Shown: positions 54,801 through 64,000 of the stretch, in pieces
How positions within the stretch are numbered: position 1 is the stretch's first letter
Layout of the letters: each line of letters opens with the position of its first letter
Origin: Schizochytrium sp. TIO01
Taxonomy: Eukaryota; Protista; Bigyra: Labyrinthulomycetes
NCBI GenBank assembly: GCA_004764695.1
Contig: SMSO01000034.1
Coordinates: 3,720,001 to 3,784,000, forward strand
DNA: 64,000 bases
Reading direction: 5' to 3'
Position numbers and translations under genes: made by a program
Notes under the pieces: generated by a model
Seen by the model: only the letters and a program-made list of their open reading frames with translations
Told to the model about the DNA's origin: nothing
Databases searched by the model: none

Positions 54801-57800
54801 AACTTTTTTCGGGTTCGTGGCGCTTGTTCAGTCTCTCAGGGCGGCTCAAGGCCAACGAGAATCTCCTGTAACGGGTCCACAGCCAGCGAATGCAAAGCAC
54901 ATTTAGGGCGTAGGCACAGCCTAAAACTCGCAGAACCGTTGCTGGTGTCCCTCGCCTACTCGAAGTTACTTATCAATTATCATTAAAGTATCACTCACTC
55001 TTCTATCATAATTTAATTATTTGAATTAGTTTGTTCATTTATACGGATAATGAAAATAAATAAAAATAGAAAGGTGTCATGAAAAAGGAAAAAGTGTCAC
55101 GAATTGAGGGGAAGGAAAGGTGAAAGACGCGATCGCTTGGTTCGCTGGAAAGGCTGATTCTACAAACCCAAGAAGAAGCCACGAATTCTGCGCTCGTTTG
55201 TTGCAAACGAGCAGTTGCGTCCATCCAGACTATGTCTCTATGTCTCTGTTTTGCTGGCTACGATGGTGAGTAACTAACTTCTGGCGGCGGCAGCAGCAGG
55301 TTCTTCAATCAACTGCCTGCCTGCCTGGCTGACTGACTGCTTGCTTGCTTGCTTGCTTGCTTGCCTGGGTGTTTTCGCAGTGCTTGCTGTGCAGCCGCAG
55401 CGCCTCCTCGACCAGCTTGAGCTCCGGGTGCTCCGCGCACTAATTAAATCTATCTTTTACAATCTGATCCATCCTCGAGGCGAAATTGCGGTTCTTCTTC
55501 GCGTTGGCGCAAAAAAAGATCGCGATCGCGGCGAAAGTCACTTTCTCTTTCCTGCTTTGGGCAGCAGATAGGTCTCATCTACCTACTTACTACCTGTCCA
55601 CAGTGCTTGGTTTTTGAGAATGTTGCGCTGCAAAGGCGGTCATTTCATGGCCCGTGGCTGGCAGGCGCCATCGCAATTTCGCAAACGAGCAGCAGCTTGC
55701 GTTTTCTATCAATCCGGAATTTGTACGCGTCTGGCTGGAACCTAGATTCTCGCAAGCAGGCAGTCACAGCACGGGGAGATAAGGATACCTAGCTAGAGGC
55801 ACCAAGCAGGCGGCAAAGCTGCTTTAAGTTTTCATTCCAATTCTAGCTCTAGAGAGAGATAAAAGCGAAAGCTAAACAAAACAAGGAAATGAGTAAGATA
55901 GTTTTTTTTATTTTTTTTTTTTAAATTTAAATCAAGGAACACCAAATTTTATAATAAAATGTTTTAAAGGTGTACTTTCTTAATACTGCGTAAAATAATT
56001 TTGTTTAGCTAGCTAGAATGGCAGACACTACTGCTCAGAGTAGTACAGCAGCAGCCTTCTCGTTGGGCCTCCTTCCTTGGAAACCAAGCCACTCAATCTC
56101 CTTCTTCCGTCTGTGATGATTTCCAACCTCTAGCTAGCTAGACAGCCTGAGAAGCAAATGACAGTACAATCGGCGAAGAGCACGAAGAAGAGAGAATAGT
56201 TTAGTTTCTTCTTCCTGAAAGCAGAGGAGGAAGGTCGGGAGGAGGAAGGAAGAAGAGGCACCCCTTTCTACCAGGCAACAGACAGAAGAACAGAGGCAAA
56301 GGCAGAGAGAGAGAGACAAGCGTGCGTGCGTGCGTGAGTGCGTGCGTGCACCCGTTGGAGAAGCCGCCGCCGAACTCGCCTTTCAACTAGTATTTACCAA
56401 ATCTTTGTTATTGTCATTCAAAGTTATTCGATTTCAATGAAAGCTGCTATGAGATAATACCCCAAATCAATTAAAAAAAAACAAACCACGAAGAATACCA
56501 GAACAGAACATTTGTCTATTATTCTTTTCCTGCTCCAAGAATGAAATATCTATCCTTAGGCTCTTCGTTCTCTCGCGGTGTCTTGTTTGAGTGATCTCGA
56601 TACAATCCATCCTCTCTGTATAAAGACGTCGAGCGGCTTCCTCCACAGAGGTCACGCTGCTCAGGTCATGACTCGTGAGGAGCGGTGGCGGAAGACAGTT
56701 GATTTAATAAATAGGGCTCAGACAGAAGCCGCGAGAGCAGTTAATGACTGAGCGCGTGAGCCGAGTTCTTCTTCTTCTCCTTCTTCTTCTACTCTTTCTG
56801 GCACCAGGATCTTCTAGGTAGCTAGCTAGCTGCCTTTACCTTCTTTCGCTCTCTGTTCCCTTTCTTTCTTTCCCTCCTTCCATCAGAGCCTCCAACTTTC
56901 CATCGAAAGATTTTCTTACGCAGAGACAATATATGACAAATCCTTCCTCCTTCCTCCTCTCTGCGCTGTTCTGGTTAGGTCAAGTCGAGCAAGCAGGCAA
57001 AAGCAGGCAAAAGCAGGCAAAGCAGGCAGGCAGGCGGGCAGTTCTTTGCTTTTCAGCTCCCTTCGACGGTGGATTTTGCCTCCGCGGCGCTTGGAGCTCT
57101 TATTCTTAGCTCCCTGAGCGCGACTTTCTTGCATTTTTCAAGCGAGTTCATCTTCGGGAGACGAGGGCCCTCAAGTTTCCGCTCCTTACTTCTTCATGAT
57201 TAGTTTTGCTGCAAGCGAGTTCAAGCAAGTTCAGAATTCCTTCCTCGCCGCTATGAACAGAAGAGGACGCATAGAGAGATAGACAGAAGGTACACAGACT
57301 CTCGTGCAAAGATGGATGAATCCAAGTCGCCGCCTCCTTCTTCTTCGTTTCCCTCTTTACCAGCTTCAGCTCGCGGGAGCCCAAAGCTTTCACGGCAGAC
57401 AGACAGGACAGACCTCTGACTGAGCTGGCTTTGCTCCTGTTTCCGAGAGAGAGAGAGAGAGACAGAGAGAGAGAAGCGCCCACGTCGGCCTCGTCGGGTT
57501 CAGTCAGGGCCTTCGCGCAGAAGAACTTGCTTGGCCAAGCTCGTCCATTCTCATCGCGCGTTGCGGAGATTGATGGAGAAAGGGGGAAAACGTGTCCTTC
57601 GGCGGTCAGTCAGAAAACAACGCAACGACTTCTTTCTTCGAAATTAAAAAAGTGGTTTGTTCATTTCGAAAACAAGGAACAGTCGACGGGACTTGAGCGC
57701 TGTGTCCAACTAAACCGCCGAGGAGTAGGAGGTGCCTACCTCAGCCTACCTGAAACTTGGCTGTTTGTCTACCAAATCGCTTCCCCTCCTAGCACACCAT

Positions 57801-58028
57801 GATTTTCCATTCGAACTAACGATCATCCGCACAAAAACCAGGAAGAGGTGGTATAGCGGTAAAAGTAATTCGTTGCGCGCAAATGTGGCAAACGACCGCT
57901 CGCCTGGAGCTAGCTAGCTAGTGCCCTCGCTACGTGAAACCGGAGGCGTTCGATCCGCCCGCCCAGCTTTTCGAAATTTCAAGTTACCTCCTCAGTTTCT
58001 TGTGCTCGATCATTGCGATGGGCACCAA

Positions 58029-58115
58029 CCTACCTACCTACCTACCTACCTACCTACCTGCCCAGAAGAAGAAGAAGAAGAAGGAGAAGGAGAAGGAGAA
58101 GGAGAAGGAGAAGGA
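58029..58115 (+). repeat. Compound (CCTA)n-(GAA)n-(GAAGGA)n microsatellite
   Basis: Direct reading. Confidence 0.9.
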
Positions 58116-58488
58116 GGGCGTCCTTCAAGCTGAAGCTGCGTTTTGCCGGCTTCGTGAAAGAGTTACACGTGCGTAGGTTCTTAATCTCTTTTTCACTCTC
58201 TCTCAATCGATTTCAATGATCTCTCTTTCAATGATCTCTCTTTCAAACGAAGGACAGAGGAGCGAAAGAGCAGAAGATCGAAAAGGCGAGAAAGCCGAGT
58301 CACCGTGATTCGTTCGAGGGCGGCTCGGGTGCTGGCTGGCTGGCTGGCGGCCTGCCTCCCCCTCGTAGCTCAGCGCAGAGAGGGCGGCTCGGCTCGATCG
58401 CGACGAACCTCGGCTGCGGAGCCGCGCCAGACATACCCGACGGTGGTGCCTTGACAGGAGCGGCCTCGGCAGAAAGAAGCAGCGGCAG

Positions 58489-58527
58489 CAAACAAACAAA
58501 CAAACAAACAAACAAACAAACAAACAA
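58489..58527 (+). repeat. (CAAA)n microsatellite
   Basis: Direct reading. Confidence 0.95.
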
Positions 58528-59077
58528 GCAGATGCGTACTACGTGAGAAAGGACGCGTCGTTTGCACCATTTGTCGTTGCTTTGACAGTCAATACAAAAC
58601 CAAAGAATTCTATTAATAGAATGATAGATAGGCGCGGTCTTTCATCTGTTCTCATGGCGTTTGGAGCGAAGACAGAGGGCAGCTTTTGGCCTCTTGCTTC
58701 GCCAAACAGCCCACAGCTGGGTCCTGGGGCTGCTAGTAGCTCCGGCAGGACCGTTTAGCATAAAGCCTAAGAAGCTAGTAGCAGGTAGAGTTCCGTGGCC
58801 GTTCCGATGCATCTAGTGGTACAAAGGAAGCTTGAAGGAATGTGGAGATTCTCCATCCTCGTTGCAGATTCTCCATCGCCCTCGTCTGCGGCGGCGGAGG
58901 TGCCTTCTCCTTGGCTACCAAGGCATACATAGTCAGTCAGAGGCAACGAAGGCCAACTTGCAGATCAGTGCGGAGGTCTGCGAGGCAGAATGGCTCGCTC
59001 GAAGGAGGAGAAGAGGCTGAAAAGAGCAGCAAAGATCAACCAAGCAACTCGTCTTAGGTCTCGTCTGAGTCAGGTGT

Positions 59078-59108
<31 letters not shown>

Positions 59109-61801
59109 ATCCGTCGTTCTCTGGGAATAATTAAAAGAGAAAGAAAGCGTCGAAAAGAAAGGGAACCAACCTCCAAGTTCGGTTGCTTCTCGTAGAGAAA
59201 TCCATAGGACAAGTCTTCGCGTTGTGCGCTTCTTCCTGCACATAGCAGGCGCCATTCCTACTGCTCGAGTCGCTGCAGAAACGCTGCTATTCGTTCTCTC
59301 TCTTCCGTTCCTCCAAAGGTTGCGCAACTTGTAAAAGAACAGCTTTGCTCCTGTTTTGTTTAATCTCGCCTTCGCTGACTTTCAGGAAACAACTTGAAGA
59401 AGATATTCGTTCAAGTGCAGCTCATGAGCTCTCTCTCGTTCTAGCTAGAGAAAACTAACCAAACAGGACCTTCGTTTCCCGCTCCGCAACGAACAAAATA
59501 CGCACAGCAGCAGCAGCAGCAGCTTGCAGCAGCAGCAGCAGTAGCGTTGAGTTGAGTTGAGTTGACTCGACTTGAGTTGAGAGTATCCTGTCAGAGGCCC
59601 GAATCTCTGGCTGCACAGCTTTATGCGGAGTATAACTAGGCGTAGGCTTTATTCATTTTTTCTGTGCGTTCTTCACGAAGGAAGAAGGCTTGAAAGTTTG
59701 CATTTAGATACATGAAGAGCCTCGAATGAATGTGATCTTTTTGGGTGAATTGTAAAAGAGTGGGATCAGAATCGTCCGTTCTTGGAGTTCTTGTGTAGAC
59801 ATGGACGTCACGATACCTGTCGGCGACGATGGTGCAAAGCTGTCGAAGGAATCGCCGTGGGATCCCTGGGCTGTTGTATTTTGTAGGTATGATGGCGATC
59901 TTTCTTTCTTTCTTTTTTTCTTTCCGTGCTGTGCTGGCGGCGTTCGAGGAGGGCTCTTTAGGCATCGGCTTCCGGTCCTTTCTGTTGGATTAGGTTTCCT
60001 GCGATTGTGAGCACTTCTGGGCTGTACTTCAACTCGCCATACCTGTACGCACAATCAACAGATGCATCAATGAATCAATGAATGAATCAATTCATTTTAA
60101 CGATTACTCGATCTTGAGGCGAAAGCAGCAGCGCTGCTGCTTCTGTGGCATCTTGGATCTTGAATAACCTGAGGTCTTCTTACAGAGAGCGAATGTATTT
60201 TGAAGTGAAGGTTTTTCAAAATTAAACAACTTGGCAGAACGAGGAGAGAGAACGATGGACAATTTACAAAAGTTAAATTGGCAATTCGATGATTCCATAC
60301 AAAAGGCGTGCAGTCTTGTGGCAATGAGATTGGAGGACTCTGATTATGAATAGACTCTTCTGCTATTCTGAGAGGCTGGAAAGAAGCACCACCTCATCTG
60401 AAAAGAAGCTTGTTCAAGTGCTGCCGAAGCTTTTGTTCTCTTTCTGTTCTCAAATTTGTCAGCTTTCATTTCATCGTACGCAAGTTTTAATGAACTTGAG
60501 ACTCAGCAATACGAATAGAAGGTTTTCAATTGCAGAGAATCACTGATTGGTTGATTTCTTATCACATGAATAGCTTTCCTTTGCTGCGGAAACACTCTCG
60601 TTAGTCAGAGGCAACTTTTGAAAATCTTCTATCTAAAACATTTTCAAGCGGAAACAATCATTGCTGCGGAAACGGCACACTTTGTTTTCTCGTTGCTCCT
60701 TGCGATGTGAAGGACTGATTGATTGTTTCGCCGCCAAGCTGCAGAGTGGACAGTTGGTCAGAGTCGTCTTTTCAAAAGGCACGCACAGATACATATCATA
60801 TAGAGAGCACTTAAATTTGAATTAAGAAAAATACTTTTTAAAAGAACACAATTCTTGAAAGAAAGATAAAAAGCGAACTAAGTAAAAGTCGTTGGCGATC
60901 TGGAAGAAGAGGCCTCTTTCGACCACGCAGTATTATACATTATAATCCAGCTAGTGTAGGTAGATAGGTAGGTGGTACCTTTCCTGGTTCGCTGCAAATG
61001 CTTCATTCAATCGCTGCTGTCTGTGCTTTTTGAATTGAGACAGGATGGATGGGCAGTTGCTCTCAAGGCGTTCTACCTACGGTGCCACCCCTGCTAGAAT
61101 CATCGAGAGCGGCCGAGCAAGCAGTCTGAGGAACCTCTTGAACAGCCTGGAGATGGGGCCACGTCAGTCAGTGGTTAGTTGTTATTGGCGCTCGCTGAAG
61201 AATTCGAAGAGACCAACTCCCAGTTTGAGCAGATGGGCACTTCCATCCATCCAGTCTGAGAGAAGGCCGCTCTTATCCATATTACCCACGCACTGACATG
61301 ATGATAGTGTTATTTAAATTAAATTTAAATTTAATTTTAAAAATTAAATTAATAGCTAAATTAATTTGATTAATAAATTCATACAAGTCAAGTCGCCGGG
61401 GATGACGGCAGTTCAAGCTCGCTCTCATCCCGTGCCGCGCTGTTTCTTACAAGTCTCTCACTTCTGACTCTGTCTCCGATCGATACTAAAGAAGTTCAAA
61501 GCAGAAGATCACTGCTTCAGCTGTACCATCCTCAGTCAAAGCCTCGTTATCAAGGCCATAGGTATACTACATTTATTTATAGATGTATATCCTATATCCA
61601 TGCACGCAATCAGTACTCGAGAACCGGCAATTCTCATCGCGGCACGAACTGAGCCTGGAGCAGAAAGAACCCTTCCTCGAAGGCTCACTCACGTCGATGG
61701 TCCTCGGAGAGAGGCCGCTCGTGGCGGTGCATTGCAGTGCAGCGCGAAGGGCAGGGAGAAGAGAAGCGCGTGAAGGTAGATCGAGCCAAGGGCTGTCAGC
61801 C

Positions 61802-61834
<33 letters not shown>
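61802..61834 (+). repeat. (CTGT)n microsatellite
   Basis: Direct reading. Confidence 0.9.
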
Positions 61835-61838
<4 letters not shown>

Positions 61839-62967
61839 TTCTATCTAAAAAACACCAGGAGACACCTGCTGTCCGTCGTGGCCCGTGCTTTGTTTGAGGC
61901 CTCAATGAACTCGATTACGTTTGTTGCAAACGACGTTGACGACGGAGGCCGCTCTCTTCCTCCTTGAAACTCAGAAGAACTCGAGCACTTTCCTGCTTTC
62001 GCTCTCTCGATCGCTCGCTTCACCAGCAGCGCCCTTTCTTAGCAACGAAGTGGGAATTAATTCATAAGAGGAAACGAAAGGCCCTCTTCTTTCTTGGAGC
62101 TGCAACGAGTCAGCTCAGTTGGAATGATTGTAAGCATTGTTTACTCGTCTGCTTGTTCATTTATACAGCTTGGGTCCTTGGAGTTGCCGAGCCGCCTGCA
62201 CAAAGACACAAAGAAGGGCTAGTTTCTTCTTCTTCTTAGTCAACAGGCAGTCAGTCAGTCAGTCGGTTTTCAAGATTCATGCCAACTGCGTGCCCGAACT
62301 CACTGGCGGGGGCGGTTCACGAGCCGCAATCTCGCGCCGCCTGAAGAGCTTTGCTGATGGCGATTCGTCTTCACTCATGCACCATGCATGCCTTACATGC
62401 GTCCAAAGATAACGTGACGTGCCGAGGCACCAGTCAGTCACACGAGGATTGAAGGTTGAACTTTGAACTTTCGGCGAGGAGCCCATTCTTCTCTCTGTAA
62501 TCTTCTCCAGTTTCCTCGATTTTGTTTGTTCCCACTGATTTTTACTTTTTTTAAATTTAAATTCTAAAATAGTAGAAATAGAAATAAATGAAATAAACTA
62601 GCCAAAAAACAGTCCTTTCTTTGCCAAAACCGCCATCTGAAAACATCGCGTGATGGATACATACATACATACATACATACATGCATACACACAGCCTTTT
62701 GCCTGTGTAAGGAGGGAGGAGCGCAAGCAAGAAAAGGCCACCTCCTCTGAAGCAAAAGGTCACCTTCGTTGCAACAGCAGGAATGAGCGATTCTTCTTTC
62801 CGGTTGGCTCGATCAATCAAGCCTCTCTGCGGCCCAGCTTGAAAGAATCTCTCTTCGGCTGCTCTGCCCGAGTCTTGAGAGTTGCACCTTCACGCTGTTT
62901 CCCGTCGGCGTTCCAGCCTTCTCTTTTCTGTCCTGGGACTTCCACGCGCTCGCACTCTCACTCATTC

Positions 62968-63135
62968 TGATTGATTCACTTATTTCATTCACTCATTGAT
63001 TGATTGACTCATTGATTGATTGATTGATTGACTCATTAATTGATTGACTCATTAATTGATTGATTGATTGATCACTCATTGATTGATTCACTCATTAGTT
63101 GATTAATTGATTGATTGATTGATTGGTTGATTGAC
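62968..63135 (+). repeat. Degenerate (TTGA)n/(CTCA) compound microsatellite
   Basis: Direct reading. Confidence 0.9.
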
Positions 63136-63523
63136 TTGTATCACTCTGAGATTTCCTGTTCACTCTTGATGAAGAAAGAAAGAAGGTCCTTTTCCCGTGC
63201 AAGCAAGCAAGCAGAAGAGAAGAAAGCGAACCTTTTCCGCAGCCCGCGCCTGCCAGCTAGCTAGCCAGCTCGCCCGCTACCTGCCACGCTAGCCCGATCG
63301 TTTTTCTCGCTCGCACTTGAATCATCGGCGAGGAACCTCAGCGCGGTAGCTAGCTAGCTAGCGAGCGAGGGGAACCCAGCAGGCGTGGGCCGTGGTACGA
63401 GAACGCGAGCTTTCTTCTCGGGACCGCTCGCGCAGCCAGCCGCCTCGCGGCCTTTCGGCCCTTTCCAGCCTTTTTAGCCTTTCAGGCCCAAGCGAAGCAT
63501 AATCAAACAACAGTACACAATAG

Positions 63524-63583
<60 letters not shown>
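63524..63583 (+). repeat. (TCAA)15 perfect microsatellite
   Basis: Direct reading. Confidence 0.95.
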
Positions 63584-63584
<1 letters not shown>

Positions 63585-64000
63585 GAAATGGCAACTGATG
63601 AGAAAAGTCTCTCTCACTCATCCTCTCTCATCCTCTCTGTGAAATAAATGCCCGTTCTGCTTTGCACCGTTCCCTCGCTCGCAGGACTGGATGCACCAGG
63701 TAGGCAGTCGCTACGCAAAATGCTACAACGGCGCGTCGCCCGGTTCTCTCGAGCACATGTTCTCTCTGGTACCCTGGTGAACGAGGAACACGAGACTCGT
63801 GTAGGCCTTGCTAGCTTCTACAGTAGCCCTGGCCAGCGAAGTGAAGCAAAGCTTTCTTTCTCTGCTTTCTCTTTTTCCCTCTCTTTTCAAGTTTCTTCTT
63901 TTTTCCCAATTCACTCATAAGAATGAATGAATTCCTGCTCCCCAGCCGCCTTGGGGCTGGGTGCTAGAGTTGCCGGTACTGGCTAGCTACCACACAGCGG

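Noticed and set aside
48800-63920. Numerous 60-135 aa ORFs in the distal region
   Set aside because: Most are generated by microsatellites or GC-rich low-complexity DNA, many with non-ATG starts; no domains or codon bias.
1-64000. CRISPR arrays, rRNA, snRNA, intact transposase/RT
   Set aside because: Eukaryotic DNA with no repeat-spacer periodicity and no recognisable rRNA/snRNA or DDE/RT motifs seen.

Overview
Eukaryotic nuclear DNA from a stramenopile, most likely a thraustochytrid (Aurantiochytrium/Schizochytrium-like). This is inferred from a tubular-mastigoneme gene, mostly intronless genes, moderate GC and (AGCT)n/(GAAT)n-rich intergenic DNA. The first ~46.7 kb carries about 13 genes: an ARMH3-like C-terminus, eIF4G, RPA12 (1 intron), SEH1, RPL17/uL22, a mastigoneme EGF protein, a ZnT9/SLC30A9-type CDF transporter, a CFAP57-like WD40/coiled-coil protein, an atypical DAP-decarboxylase-like PLP enzyme, histone H2A.Z (1 intron), a CCDC138-like protein, a small single-TM protein and a signal-peptide-bearing GT41 (OGT/SPY-like) glycosyltransferase. 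The most unusual element is a ~3 kb decayed island at 38.0-41.1 kb that the ORF track shows only as fragments. When frames are joined by hand it gives (i) a KilA-N-domain gene of the type common in large DNA viruses and (ii) a Crinkler (CR)-type HNH nuclease/effector gene. The HNH gene sits between two copies of an 87-bp direct repeat that is the 3' end of the KilA-N gene. The last ~17 kb has no credible CDS and is saturated with microsatellites. All family assignments come from motif recognition by eye; no database search was run.
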